A stretch of 64,000 nucleotides of DNA from a virus. Its lineage: Duplodnaviria > Caudoviricetes. Made by a program: the position numbers and the translations under genes. Shown piece after piece: positions 11,086 through 21,700 of this stretch. The notes beneath the pieces were generated by a model. The model was not told the DNA's origin. It did not search any database and saw nothing but the letters and a program-made list of their open reading frames with translations. Numbering within the stretch: the first letter of the stretch is position 1; each line of letters starts with the position of its first letter. The DNA is taken from positions 45,064 through 109,063 of IMG/VR virus record IMGVR_UViG_3300032218_002424, one strand, 5' to 3'.

Positions 11086-13208
11086 TGGCAGGACTATTAA
11101 TCCCAGCTGATCTTAACGTAAAAGGATATGCAGATCCTTCCGATAAGAATTACTTTGACGTAAAAGCAACAGGCTTACTTCCAAACACTGGATATGGATT
11201 TCAATTTCAATGGGTGTTTGAAGATGGAACAACAAGTGATTGGTCAGCAACAAGATATGTTTTGACAGATTTAATTTCAACTCCTGGACAACCAGATCTT
11301 GGCGTTAACGATGTGGTTGGCGGAGCTGGATATATTAAAGTAAATTGGTCAGGAACATCTCAAGGTTCTCCAATCACAAACATTTCAAGAGTTGATGTTT
11401 ATATAAGCGGTGCACCATTTGACGGAACAAAACCAGCGGAAACATTTGTTACATCTGGTACTAAAACAATTGCAGCCCCAGGCGGAACCTATATTGTAAA
11501 ACTACAAGCCATTCGTCCAGATGGCACAACCTCTTCATTATTTAGTCTTTCAAGAACTGTAGTTGTGACAGACATTGTTACCGAAACAATACAAGATCCA
11601 ACAAATCCAAATGGTTTTTCCATAGACAGAATTCTTTCTGGAATTCAAGTAAATTGGGCAGGAACATACGCCAATGGAACATTTACTGGATTTCAAGCAA
11701 TTAAAATTTATGTAGGCAATTCAGCAACCGCTACAGCTGGAACATATAAAGAAGCTGGTGTAATGACTGGCAACAATCTTAAAAATACAATTACAATTCC
11801 AGTAGACGGAACATATTTAAATTATGATACTCCAGTTTACATTCATGCAGCAGCAGTAAACAAAAATGGAACAGTTGGAACCATACAGCAAAATGTTGCT
11901 AACGAACCGCTTGGAGCAAGATCTGCAATACCATCTGATTTAGCAAATCAAATTATTACAAATGCAAAATTAGTTGATGCTGCAATTACTGAAGCTAAAA
12001 TTGCTACATCAGCAATTACAACAACTAAAATTGCAGATGATGCAATCACATCATCCAAAATTATTGCAAACGCTATTACTGCAGATAAAATAGTTTCATC
12101 AGCAATTACTGCAGATAAAATTGCTGCAAATGCTATTACTGCTGGCAAAATTTCTGCTGGATCAATTGATGTTACAAAATTAGCAGCAGGAACTATATCG
12201 GTTAATAATTTAGAGGCTGGCTTGATTACAAGCACATCATATATTCGTGCAGGTGCATCAACTGGTGCTAGAGTTGAAATATCAAGTTCAAATATAACTA
12301 ATGGTCCATCTGCTGGATTTTACATTTATGATTCAACTGGTGTAGCAATTCTTTCAGCTCCACTAGCTGGAGGCCTATCAATAACTGGCGGTGGAACATT
12401 TAGCGGAAACTTGCAAGGAGCTGGCGGTACATTTACTGGTGCATTAAATGTTGGAACACAAAATGCTGGTGGATTATATCCATTTAGTGTTTCTAATAAT
12501 GGGTATATGAGAACTATAAATGCATCAATTGGTGGATTTATAATTGACGACACTTCTATATCAGCAAACAATAATACTTTTCAAATGAACAGTACAAATG
12601 GCAGACTTGCTGTAGGAACAATAACAGATTCACACATTGAAATTGACGGAACAAATGGAATCATTCATAAAAACAATTCTTCAGCAACTGGTAATTTTCA
12701 ATTAACACCAACAGGATCTTTAACATTAGGTTCAAGTTCTGGATCTAATTATTTTTCTTGGACTGGATCAGCATTAACTGTTAAATCTACAAGCGTTTCT
12801 TTTATTGGAGATAGTGCTTCATCATTTACAGTTAATTCAAACGGAATTTCTTTAATAGGAAACCCAAGAACTTCAGGTTCTGGAACAGATACCTGGGCAG
12901 CATACAGTGGTGGAACTCAAATTTTAGCTAATAGCACAGGTCTTCATATGTATGGAATACCAGTTCAGCAAGATGCAGACATTGCATACCGTGCACAAGG
13001 AGCATACGATCCTCATCCAGGATATAGAAAAGGTTCAGGCGGTCAAGATTTATATCCATTAGGTGCAGTTGGAAGACAAAGAATGGTTGTTGAAAGACCT
13101 GAAACTGGCGAACTTCAAATGGGTATGGCTGTTTACTATAGAGCAACTGGCAACTCTGATCCAGGATATACTTCTGGGTATGTAGGAGATTTGTGGGTAG
13201 TGTACTAA
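11085..13208 (+). CDS. Tail fibre with FN3-like domains and 10-aa IT.aKI repeats
   Basis: FN3-like N-terminal modules, decapeptide repeats and a Gly/Ser/Thr-rich beta region. Confidence 0.75.
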   Translation: MAGLLIPADLNVKGYADPSDKNYFDVKATGLLPNTGYGFQFQWVFEDGTTSDWSATRYVLTDLISTPGQPDLGVNDVVGGAGYIKVNWSGTSQGSPITNISRVDVYISGAPFDGTKPAETFVTSGTKTIAAPGGTYIVKLQAIRPDGTTSSLFSLSRTVVVTDIVTETIQDPTNPNGFSIDRILSGIQVNWAGTYANGTFTGFQAIKIYVGNSATATAGTYKEAGVMTGNNLKNTITIPVDGTYLNYDTPVYIHAAAVNKNGTVGTIQQNVANEPLGARSAIPSDLANQIITNAKLVDAAITEAKIATSAITTTKIADDAITSSKIIANAITADKIVSSAITADKIAANAITAGKISAGSIDVTKLAAGTISVNNLEAGLITSTSYIRAGASTGARVEISSSNITNGPSAGFYIYDSTGVAILSAPLAGGLSITGGGTFSGNLQGAGGTFTGALNVGTQNAGGLYPFSVSNNGYMRTINASIGGFIIDDTSISANNNTFQMNSTNGRLAVGTITDSHIEIDGTNGIIHKNNSSATGNFQLTPTGSLTLGSSSGSNYFSWTGSALTVKSTSVSFIGDSASSFTVNSNGISLIGNPRTSGSGTDTWAAYSGGTQILANSTGLHMYGIPVQQDADIAYRAQGAYDPHPGYRKGSGGQDLYPLGAVGRQRMVVERPETGELQMGMAVYYRATGNSDPGYTSGYVGDLWVVY
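11953..12230 (+). repeat. ~9 tandem 30-bp / 10-aa coding repeats in the tail fibre
   Basis: ITNAKLVDAA ITEAKIATSA ITTTKIADDA ITSSKIIANA ITADKIVSSA ITADKIAANA ITAGKISAGS IDVTKLAAGT ISVNNLEAGL. Confidence 0.85.
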
Positions 13209-16200
13209 ATGCCATTTTGGGTAAAAGATAGTGCGTATTCTTGGTCTCCTGTAAAAGAATTATGGGTTAAAGTAGCAAGCAATGGATCTGGTGCTTGGCA
13301 ATTGGCTTCTGAGGCATGGGTAAAAGTTTCATCAACTGGATCAAGTGCTTGGAAAAAGTTTTATACTAATACTTCTTTAAAGCCATACAGCACTGTACCA
13401 ATTTCAATTAGAACTTCAAGTTATACTGGAACAAATGTAAGTGGATCATATACTTATGTGGGAACAAAATTATGGGGAAATGAGTCTGTAAGTCCAACTA
13501 ACTATTGGCAAAATGGTCCTTTTACAAGTACATCTTATAATTGGTATTATAGTAAAACATCTGATGGTTCTGGATTATTAGATGGTTATACAAACATTGA
13601 TACGTTTGATTCAACATATTATGATGGATATTACATTTACTTTCAAGTTAAAAAAACAAATTCAAGAGGTCTTTCTGGAACAGAAACAAGTTCTCCAGCA
13701 TATATATGTTTACACGTTCCAACTCATGGAACAAATACTTTTGGTCTTACTACAACTGCAGCACAAGTCGGGACACCGATAACCTTTGCCTACTCTTGGA
13801 AAAATTCTAGTTCTTATGGAATTGATACGTCTAGATCAACAATTGAATGGTATAGGGGATATCCATATGCAGATAAAAGAAATTTAATTGAATCAAAAAC
13901 ATATTCGCAGCTTGTTGCCACATCTTATGGATCAGATTATTATGGAACTTATTCTTATACTCCAATAACTGCAGATCTAAATAATAACATTTATGTTGTG
14001 TCAACTGCATACAATTCTTATACAGATTATACTTCATCTCCAATTGTAGACACATATTCTTCTGATGTTATTTATACTAAGCCTATAATTAATAATCCAG
14101 TAACTATAAATAAAGACGGCGGTTATCAAACATATGGGTATAATTTAAGTGCAAATACTCAAACGTATACTCCAACATCAGATCTAGTTTATTGGGGTTG
14201 GCAATATGCATCAACAAATACTGCAACTACAGGAAGAACATTTTATCATTATATAAGTCCACCAGGAATACAAGTAAATGATTTTGGTTCAGATTCGTAT
14301 GAGGGCGGAACACACACATTTACTTTGAGAGACGTATACGATAATGCAACAGGAAATACCGTATCTTTAGTTGGACAGTATTTAAGATTTTATTCTATTG
14401 GTCAAAAAGGCGGGGCACAATCAGATGTAAACTATTCTTCTTGGATTGGTCCAATATATAATGCCCCAGTTGCACCAACTACAGGTCCATCTATAAGTTT
14501 TGCAGGAGCATATAGTGCTTCATATGCATACATACGTGCATTTTGGGATCCAGTAACATATACCAAAGACTATACACTTCAATATAAGTCTGGAAGTTCT
14601 TGGGTAGATTTAGTAACTTTAACAACCGCACCACAATATGCTTCAACAGATTCATTTTTGGTTCCAGTAGGAAGTCAAATATTTAGAGTCAGAACAAGAA
14701 ATGATGACGGAATAAATTTATATTCTCCAGAAGTAACCTATGTTGTGACTGGAACTTATAACTTTGCTTTTGGAAATTATTTATATCCAAATACAAATGG
14801 TCAAATCGGTTTGGATGGTGGAGTTCAAACTGTATATCCTTCTTCTGGAAGAGCTATTGGAGTTTATCCATTAGACATGGCAGAAACTACAACTGGATAT
14901 TATTCAGATAGTAGATATTTTTATATTCAATTTTCTGGATATCAATATCAAAATGTTGGAACTGCAACATATGCACTTAGATATCAAGTAAAATTTGATA
15001 CCTTAAATCCTACATATGCTGATGTTTTAATATGCAATAAGGGATCATCTTTGCCTTTAACAGTAACTCAACCTGGACTCTATAATGGATCAAATGCAGT
15101 TTCTGGACTTCCAGGACCATATGTTATTTCTACTGGTACAAAATATAGAATATATATGGACGGAACTATTGGAAGCTTTGGACAAACTCAAGCACAGATT
15201 CCATCTTCAAATTTCATTACAGATTCCTTGGCTTATGGTACAGCAGATGATGGATATCACAGTATTGCAACTTCAGCAAATCAATATCAAAAAAATATGC
15301 TATCAGTTACATCAGCAACAGTTGATTCAAGTGGAGTACATGTTTCGTTTACTGGACTTAATGATTATTCTTATTACAACTATACACTAAATACTGGAAG
15401 TTATAGCGGATCTGTTTGGAATTCTTTAAATAGCCAAACTGCTAATCCTTTAAATATTGGAAGTTTAACAGGTGGTACTACATATTATTTAACAATCACA
15501 CCTTACAACTCTTTGGGACAAGCTGGAAACGTATATCAAAATTCATTTACAGCCCCAAATAATCCACAACCATTTACAACAACCAGCGGAAGCAAAGGTT
15601 TTCCTTCTGGAGCAACACAGTCTGTATCTGAACCATCTGGAAATAGAACAGTTACAGTGGGATGGAATTCATCTACAAATTCTGCTGTATATGAGGTAGC
15701 ACTACAAGGAAGTACAGATAACAGTACATGGAGTTATGTAACAATTGGTGGAGTATCTCAAACTTTAGATAATTCGGCATATGTTTTGTCTGGAACAAGT
15801 AAAACCTTTACAGCACCATACTATAGATATTACAGATATACTGTTCGTGGAAGAGGCTCAGACTATAGCTTGTCAAATGCAGTATATAGTGATTATGGAA
15901 CATCCACTAGTTTAGTTTGGAAAAATGTTGATGGAACTGCTCCAAGTTCTGTAAGTCTAGGAACTATAACAAAAACTACTACAACTGCTTCTATTCCATT
16001 TACAATTCCTTCTGGAGGATCAAATACAGTAGACTGGATTCAATATTCAACTGATTTAGTTAGTTGGACCAATACTTATACAAGCCCACTATCTTTATCA
16101 AGTTTAAGTGCAAATACATCTTATAACTATTATATTAGAGCTTTAAACTGGGATCAGATAGCTGGATCATATTCAACTGCAAGTTTTACAACAGATCAAA

Positions 16201-17114
16201 TTGCAGTTCCTACAAATAGTTCTGTGCCAACACTTAGCGGAACAACAAAAGTTGGACAGACATTAACATTTGGTGTCGGTTCTTGGACTGGTTCACCAAC
16301 TTCATATTCTTTGAGGCTTTATAGAGGAACAGCTGGAGTTGCAACGTCTGAAACTTTGGTTAAAGATGCTGGAAATACAACAAGCAGTACATATGCTATT
16401 CCTTTATCTGATTATACAGATGCACAAAGTAATAGCAGATATTACTACAGAGCATTTGCAACAGCAACAAATGCTGGTGGAACTTCTAATAGCGGTACAT
16501 ATACGGCTGGTACTGAATTAGGACCTCTTACAAATATAGTTTTGTATACAGTAACATTTGATGCAAATGGTGGAAGCAGTACTCCTTCTGCAGTTACACA
16601 AACTACAGAAGGAGGATCAGTAACATTAGCCGCTGCAATATCAAGAACTGGATATACATTTGGAGGATGGAATACAAATTCTTCTGGTACGGGAACCAAC
16701 TATTCTGCATCTTCTTCATATACTCCAAGTGCAAATATTACTTTATATGCAAAATGGACAGCAAATGTTACAATTCCTCCAACCCCAACTATATCAATTT
16801 ATGGTTATGGTAGTTCTAATAATTCAACGGCATCTGGATTTACAATTGCTTCTTCAGGTGCAACATCTGTAAACTGGTATTTGTACAGAACTGCAACTGG
16901 AACTGGAACTACTGGTTATGGAACTGGAACGTATACACAGGTTGCATCAGGATCATATGCCACGTCTGGAAGTGTTAACGTATTTATTTATCTTGCTTAT
17001 GCAAATTCAAATGGATATTACTACCTTACCGCATCCGCAACAAATAGTGCAGGAACTAGCTCAATTTCTTCTAGATTTCCTGCAGCAGCTACAAGAAACT
17101 GGTTTTATTACTAA
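13209..17114 (+). CDS. Large receptor-binding/tail adhesin with Ig/FN3 modules and an InlB B-repeat (Flg_new) domain
   Basis: Tyr/Ser/Thr-rich. Contains FN3 motifs (LTGGTTYYLTITPYN, LSANTSYNYYIRA) and a B-repeat (YTVTFDANGG...RTGYTFGGWNT...ITLYAKW). Confidence 0.75.
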   Translation: MPFWVKDSAYSWSPVKELWVKVASNGSGAWQLASEAWVKVSSTGSSAWKKFYTNTSLKPYSTVPISIRTSSYTGTNVSGSYTYVGTKLWGNESVSPTNYWQNGPFTSTSYNWYYSKTSDGSGLLDGYTNIDTFDSTYYDGYYIYFQVKKTNSRGLSGTETSSPAYICLHVPTHGTNTFGLTTTAAQVGTPITFAYSWKNSSSYGIDTSRSTIEWYRGYPYADKRNLIESKTYSQLVATSYGSDYYGTYSYTPITADLNNNIYVVSTAYNSYTDYTSSPIVDTYSSDVIYTKPIINNPVTINKDGGYQTYGYNLSANTQTYTPTSDLVYWGWQYASTNTATTGRTFYHYISPPGIQVNDFGSDSYEGGTHTFTLRDVYDNATGNTVSLVGQYLRFYSIGQKGGAQSDVNYSSWIGPIYNAPVAPTTGPSISFAGAYSASYAYIRAFWDPVTYTKDYTLQYKSGSSWVDLVTLTTAPQYASTDSFLVPVGSQIFRVRTRNDDGINLYSPEVTYVVTGTYNFAFGNYLYPNTNGQIGLDGGVQTVYPSSGRAIGVYPLDMAETTTGYYSDSRYFYIQFSGYQYQNVGTATYALRYQVKFDTLNPTYADVLICNKGSSLPLTVTQPGLYNGSNAVSGLPGPYVISTGTKYRIYMDGTIGSFGQTQAQIPSSNFITDSLAYGTADDGYHSIATSANQYQKNMLSVTSATVDSSGVHVSFTGLNDYSYYNYTLNTGSYSGSVWNSLNSQTANPLNIGSLTGGTTYYLTITPYNSLGQAGNVYQNSFTAPNNPQPFTTTSGSKGFPSGATQSVSEPSGNRTVTVGWNSSTNSAVYEVALQGSTDNSTWSYVTIGGVSQTLDNSAYVLSGTSKTFTAPYYRYYRYTVRGRGSDYSLSNAVYSDYGTSTSLVWKNVDGTAPSSVSLGTITKTTTTASIPFTIPSGGSNTVDWIQYSTDLVSWTNTYTSPLSLSSLSANTSYNYYIRALNWDQIAGSYSTASFTTDQIAVPTNSSVPTLSGTTKVGQTLTFGVGSWTGSPTSYSLRLYRGTAGVATSETLVKDAGNTTSSTYAIPLSDYTDAQSNSRYYYRAFATATNAGGTSNSGTYTAGTELGPLTNIVLYTVTFDANGGSSTPSAVTQTTEGGSVTLAAAISRTGYTFGGWNTNSSGTGTNYSASSSYTPSANITLYAKWTANVTIPPTPTISIYGYGSSNNSTASGFTIASSGATSVNWYLYRTATGTGTTGYGTGTYTQVASGSYATSGSVNVFIYLAYANSNGYYYLTASATNSAGTSSISSRFPAAATRNWFYY

Positions 17115-17311
17115 TGAACGATATAAACTTTGAAAAAATAACAAATGAGAAAATACAGATATATTTGGATAGAAAAATAAAATTTCAATCCATAATAGAT
17201 TTGTCTGAAGATGAACAAGAAAAAGCTTGGTTATCAAATGCGATAATTGAAATGGACAAGATAATTGAGTCTTTTAGGCTAAATTTAGAGTCCTTGACCC
17301 AACAGGGTTAG
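17114..17311 (+). CDS. Hypothetical (possible fibre chaperone)
   Basis: TAATG-coupled helical ORF after the fibre gene. Confidence 0.45.
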   Translation: MNDINFEKITNEKIQIYLDRKIKFQSIIDLSEDEQEKAWLSNAIIEMDKIIESFRLNLESLTQQG

Positions 17312-17322
17312 TTTGCTATAAT
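17294..17322 (+). promoter_or_regulatory. SigA-type promoter
   Basis: TTGACC-N17-TATAAT with TGn extension; GGAGG RBS follows. Confidence 0.75.
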
Positions 17323-17338
17323 ATAGGAGGAGGAAACA

Positions 17339-17572
17339 ATGGCAACTGAAACATCACTACTTACAAATGAAGATAAGGTAAACATCCTTAATCAACATAT
17401 AAAGAATCTAGAATATGCTATTTATGGCTTACAGCTAGATATTATTGAATACAATGCATCAACTTCAAAGGATGCTGCTCATACAGCAGAATTAAATGCT
17501 AGACTTACAGAACTACAGGCCAAGAAAACCGTCTTGGATTCTGAAAAGGCAGATTTAACAGCAGGAGCATAA
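17339..17572 (+). CDS. Hypothetical coiled-coil protein
   Basis: Strong RBS (GGAGGAGG) and heptad pattern. Confidence 0.7.
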   Translation: MATETSLLTNEDKVNILNQHIKNLEYAIYGLQLDIIEYNASTSKDAAHTAELNARLTELQAKKTVLDSEKADLTAGA

Positions 17573-17573
17573 C

Positions 17574-17756
17574 ATGGAAAAGGCGGAATTAATTATAACC
17601 GCTTTGCAATCTCGCATTGGCGAAATTGTATCGGATTATGAAGTTAAGGTTGCTGTACTTAGAGCAGAACTAACAAACTTAATTAATGAAAAACAAGAAA
17701 GAGAACAGCAGATGCAAGACTACAGCGATAGTGTTGCTCAAAAAATTGAGGGGTAA
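17574..17756 (+). CDS. Hypothetical coiled-coil protein
   Basis: AGGAG RBS; tightly packed with neighbours. Confidence 0.65.
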   Translation: MEKAELIITALQSRIGEIVSDYEVKVAVLRAELTNLINEKQEREQQMQDYSDSVAQKIEG

Positions 17757-17758
17757 AA

Positions 17759-18202
17759 ATGGCAACGGACTTTAAAAATATTACATTTCAAGAGGGTGCA
17801 CCAATTAGTGCCAGCCAATTACAGGATCTTGTCACATATGTAAATGAAATTAATTCCAATGCTGCACAATTTGCTGGAACATTTGGAACACTGGCTGATA
17901 AAGCTATTTCTAGAAAAATGGTTGCTGGAACATGGCCAGTTGGAACGGTTGATGTTTCAAAGGCTGGACATCCAGTAAGAATTAATTTTACCCCACCATT
18001 AACAGCAGAACCTGCAACAGTTCAAATAACATTAGAGACTGCTTCAACAGATTCAGAATTAATTCATTTTATTCAATCTGGAACAGCCTCAGCCACAGGA
18101 GTTACAGTTTGGATCACTAGAGCGGCTAATGGAGTTGGCTCAGCAATTGTAAAGCCAACATCAGTAACCCTACATTATTTTGCAGTAGCAAAATCTGGTT
18201 GA
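17759..18202 (+). CDS. Minor tail protein with H-type-lectin-like C-terminus
   Basis: 'F..G.PISASQL..L' N-terminus and 'INFTPP...P.VQIT...HYFAV' C-terminal pattern. Confidence 0.5.
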   Translation: MATDFKNITFQEGAPISASQLQDLVTYVNEINSNAAQFAGTFGTLADKAISRKMVAGTWPVGTVDVSKAGHPVRINFTPPLTAEPATVQITLETASTDSELIHFIQSGTASATGVTVWITRAANGVGSAIVKPTSVTLHYFAVAKSG

Positions 18203-18238
18203 CAAACCAATAAAATATAGTACACTTATCAAAACAAC

Positions 18239-18263
18239 AAGTCACGGCAATCGTGACTTTTTG
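18239..18263 (+). terminator. Intrinsic terminator after the tail module
   Basis: AAGTCACG-GCAAT-CGTGACTT followed by TTTG. Confidence 0.7.
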
Positions 18264-18287
18264 TGTCTAACAGAATAGATATTATTA

Positions 18288-19097
18288 ATGTCAAATGATT
18301 TAAAATGGATGCTTTCATCCGATCAGCAGTTCCCTCATCAAGATGATAGAGCAATCGCTTTATGGTTTCAGGTAATGAAATGGTTTAAGCCAGATGTAAT
18401 TGATTATCTTGGAGATACAGACGATCAGGCATGCTATAGTAAGTATACAGAGGGACGTTCAGCAGAATTTATGCAGTTGCACAAAGATGACAGCAGGGAT
18501 CTTATTGTTCCTATGATTCGTCACGAAGCAAAAGCTGCAAGAGATTTTTACGCCAAAACAAGAGACATGATGCCTAACGCACAACTATTTTCTGCACTTG
18601 GAAATCACGATATTAGAATTTTTGAATATTTGGATAAAAAGCTTCCAGAGTATGCAGCAGATGTAACCCCAGAAGCATTGTGGTCTTTAGATTCTTTGGG
18701 CTATGAATATATCTATTATAATGATGCACCAAAGCGTCGCTTTGGAGACATCCACGTACATCATGGAAATGCTATTTCACAAAATGCTGGTGAGTCAGTT
18801 CGAAAAGATGTAGAAAATTTTGGAGTATCTATTATTCGTGGACACTCTCACAGAGCAGGAACATTTTATCAGACATTCCAACTTCGCAACGGCGGAGAAG
18901 GAGAAACTCTTCGTGGATATGAGATTGGCCACATGTGTGATGAAAATAGTGACGGAATGAAATATACTAATAATCATAACTGGCAGAAGGCTTTTGCTAT
19001 TGCTCATATTGAGAATGGGGAAAAGCCACACATTCAACTAATTGAAATAGCAAAAGACTATACTTGCTATGTTGATGGAAAGAAGTTTTCAGCATGA
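18288..19097 (+). CDS. Calcineurin-like metallophosphoesterase
   Basis: Motifs SDxQ, GD, GNHD, HG and GHSH. Confidence 0.85.
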   Translation: MSNDLKWMLSSDQQFPHQDDRAIALWFQVMKWFKPDVIDYLGDTDDQACYSKYTEGRSAEFMQLHKDDSRDLIVPMIRHEAKAARDFYAKTRDMMPNAQLFSALGNHDIRIFEYLDKKLPEYAADVTPEALWSLDSLGYEYIYYNDAPKRRFGDIHVHHGNAISQNAGESVRKDVENFGVSIIRGHSHRAGTFYQTFQLRNGGEGETLRGYEIGHMCDENSDGMKYTNNHNWQKAFAIAHIENGEKPHIQLIEIAKDYTCYVDGKKFSA

Positions 19098-19282
19098 TGA
19101 AATGTAAAAAGTGCGGAGGAAGAGTATTCGTAGATAGAGTATTTTCCCAAAAGCTACATATAGAACTATATTGCTTGATGTGTGGCAAGCGTTGGATGAT
19201 TAGTAAAGAAACGAGTGCATTCGGAAGATGGCTAGATCAAAGGGAAACAGAACACAAGAAAAATTTTGGTATTTCTTCTTAA
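19094..19282 (+). CDS. Zinc-ribbon protein
   Basis: CKKC...CLMC. Confidence 0.7.
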   Translation: MMKCKKCGGRVFVDRVFSQKLHIELYCLMCGKRWMISKETSAFGRWLDQRETEHKKNFGISS

Positions 19283-19719
19283 ATGGTAAAATACATAAGG
19301 TTTTAAAAACATCTAGAGTTAGAGACACACTAATTGCTTGGTCCTATCCAGATAAAAAAAGAGTTTTATATGTATTTTCAGATGTTAGAAAACATAAGCA
19401 AAATGCTTATACTTTAACAGAAGTTGCTAAAATGTTAAATAAGCACAGAGTTACAATCGAGGATTATATTCTTGAAGGTAAAGTACGTGCACCACAAAAA
19501 ATTTACCCAATCGGAAATTCCGAAAGTTTAAAATGGTCTCAGTATATGTTTAGCGAAGATGATGTATTAGAAGTCTATGACTATATTCTTTCTGCTGGAA
19601 GAATGATAGAAGACTTGCCAACAAAATCTGAGCTAAAGGCCTTGATGAAACATAACATCATATTGTATACTAAGACCTCTGAGGGAAACTTTGTTCCAGT
19701 TTGGAAGGCTAATGATTGA
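19228..19719 (+). CDS. HTH (excisionase/MerR-like) DNA-binding protein
   Basis: YTLTEVAKMLNKHRVTIEDYILEGKV. Confidence 0.65.
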   Translation: MARSKGNRTQEKFWYFFLNGKIHKVLKTSRVRDTLIAWSYPDKKRVLYVFSDVRKHKQNAYTLTEVAKMLNKHRVTIEDYILEGKVRAPQKIYPIGNSESLKWSQYMFSEDDVLEVYDYILSAGRMIEDLPTKSELKALMKHNIILYTKTSEGNFVPVWKAND

Positions 19720-20050
19720 AGAAGATTTCGAAGAGTTAAACGAAGGCTTAGCTCTAGAAAGAATTGCATCGAATTTAGATCTAGCATCTGCTCATGCAAA
19801 TAAAAAGAAAAATGTTGCTGGTTTAATTACAATTGCAGGGGCATGGATGGAAGTAGCCAGCATACTTTCAGATACGCCAAGAGTTAAAAAGAGTGTCCCT
19901 ATGGGATTCTCACCAATGGAAGAGGAAAATAATGAGTCAAGAATCATCAAAGACAGTGGTAAAAGTAGATCTCCATTACACACGGAACCTGGGGAATTAC
20001 GAGAGCGTTCGAATTGGAATTGGCGTAGAGGATATAGTAAGAAATGGTGA
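19712..20050 (+). CDS. Hypothetical protein
   Basis: ATG at 19712 behind GGAAGG; 3' end overlaps the next gene. Confidence 0.5.
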   Translation: MIEEDFEELNEGLALERIASNLDLASAHANKKKNVAGLITIAGAWMEVASILSDTPRVKKSVPMGFSPMEEENNESRIIKDSGKSRSPLHTEPGELRERSNWNWRRGYSKKW

Positions 20051-20150
20051 GAACGTAGACACTGCAACTGATCGTGTGTATAAGTTTGTAGAAGAAAAGC
20101 TTATTCAAAAAACAGAGGAAATGGAAAAGGAATTAAAGGGTGGCAAGTAA
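19932..20150 (+). CDS. Conserved phage hypothetical protein
   Basis: GAGG RBS; 'TRNLGNYESVRI' motif. Confidence 0.65.
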   Translation: MSQESSKTVVKVDLHYTRNLGNYESVRIGIGVEDIVRNGENVDTATDRVYKFVEEKLIQKTEEMEKELKGGK

Positions 20151-20517
20151 AACTACTAATCAAGAGCCTCATGCTTTAATTACACTATACGTTTCTTTAT
20201 TTGAAGATAAGTATGGTAAAAAGCCTTCTCTAAATAGATTTAGGGAAAAGTGGGCTATGCAAGACTTGATTGATAGTGTAGGATATGAAAGAGCAAAAGG
20301 TTTAATAGAATATTATTTTACCTTGGCAAAATATGGTCATCCATTAAATTGGTTTTTCTATAACTTTGATAAAATAGATAAGATGTGGAAAGATATTGAA
20401 GATGACAAGATGCATAGAGATATGCTAAGATCTAATACCAAGGTCATGGTGGAAGAACGAGAGAGGCGGCTAAGTGAATACGGAAGCAACATTAATATCA
20501 GCAGTCTGCAAGAATAA
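20140..20517 (+). CDS. Hypothetical, possible helicase loader/initiator
   Basis: Immediately upstream of dnaB; function is inferred from position only. Confidence 0.45.
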   Translation: MASKTTNQEPHALITLYVSLFEDKYGKKPSLNRFREKWAMQDLIDSVGYERAKGLIEYYFTLAKYGHPLNWFFYNFDKIDKMWKDIEDDKMHRDMLRSNTKVMVEERERRLSEYGSNINISSLQE

Positions 20518-21700
20518 AGATATAAGTACTATCCTTGCGGATAATGTTGATGAGCTATTTACATCTCACAAAGATGTATGGGATGGATTAAAGTCTTACT
20601 ATTATAAGTTTAAATCCGTACCCGAAATTGGTATTCTACAAGAAAAGTTTAGAGACTTCGAGGCATCAGACCCTAAAGCAGAAACTGGTTATTATTTAGA
20701 TCAACTTAAGTCAGAATATTTGGCTAACAAGTTAAAGACTATTATTCTTCGTGGTGGAGCTGGACTAAAAGAGGATGCTCCTTCCAGAGTTATTGCACAA
20801 ATGCAATCAGATCTTGCCTCATTAAGTAAGTTTACGAGTAACGTTCGTGATATTGATGTAACTGACTTTGAGTCAGCAGAAAAATATTTTGAAAATCTTC
20901 GTGTTCGTTCTGCAGCAATGGGTGGAAGCCCAGGTATTCCTACTGGCTTTAAGGCTATTGATACTGCCTATGCAACTGGTATGGCTCCAGGACACCTTAT
21001 CGTTGCTATTGGTTGGCCAGGACGTGGTAAGACATGGTTTACGTCCTACCTTGCATGCAAGGCATGGGAACAAGGATTCAAGCCAATGATTATCTCGCTT
21101 GAAATGTCTCCAGAAGATATGCGTAATCGTATCTATACAATGATGGGCTCTGGATTATTTAAGGCATCTGATTTTTCTAGAGGAGATGTCAATATTGATG
21201 ATTTCCATAATTGGGGTAAGAAAAACTTTGCGGATAAAAATGGTTTTGTTCTTGTGTCTAATGAAGGCATGGGAGAGGTAAGTGCTAATACTGTTCAAGC
21301 CAAGATTGACCAGCATAAGCCAGACTTAGTTATTCTTGATTACCACCAGCTTTTTGTAGATACTAAACGTAGTACTGGTGCAACAGAACGTAATATGAAT
21401 ATCTCTCGTGAGTTTAAAATGCTTGCTATGAATAATAATATTCCAGTAATTGATATTACTGCAGCAACTATGGATGATATTTCAGATCAAGACAACCCTC
21501 CTATGCTTTCTCAGGTGGCATGGTCAAAGGCTATCGAATATGATGCTGACATGGCTATTGCTATTCATAGATACACAGATACTAATATGATTGAAATTGT
21601 TTCTAGAAAAAATCGTCACGGAGATGCATTTGATTTTTACCTAGATTGGGATATCAATCGAGGAATTATTAAAGAGATTTATGAAAACATTGCAAAGTAA
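20474..21700 (+). CDS. dnaB: DnaB-like replicative helicase
   Basis: Walker A GWPGRGKT, SLEM, LVILDYHQL, IEYDAD, KNRHG. Confidence 0.93.
   Translation: MNTEATLISAVCKNKDISTILADNVDELFTSHKDVWDGLKSYYYKFKSVPEIGILQEKFRDFEASDPKAETGYYLDQLKSEYLANKLKTIILRGGAGLKEDAPSRVIAQMQSDLASLSKFTSNVRDIDVTDFESAEKYFENLRVRSAAMGGSPGIPTGFKAIDTAYATGMAPGHLIVAIGWPGRGKTWFTSYLACKAWEQGFKPMIISLEMSPEDMRNRIYTMMGSGLFKASDFSRGDVNIDDFHNWGKKNFADKNGFVLVSNEGMGEVSANTVQAKIDQHKPDLVILDYHQLFVDTKRSTGATERNMNISREFKMLAMNNNIPVIDITAATMDDISDQDNPPMLSQVAWSKAIEYDADMAIAIHRYTDTNMIEIVSRKNRHGDAFDFYLDWDINRGIIKEIYENIAK

Noticed and set aside
13209-17114. Diversity-generating retroelement target
   Set aside because: No reverse transcriptase and no template/variable repeat pair was noticed in the window.
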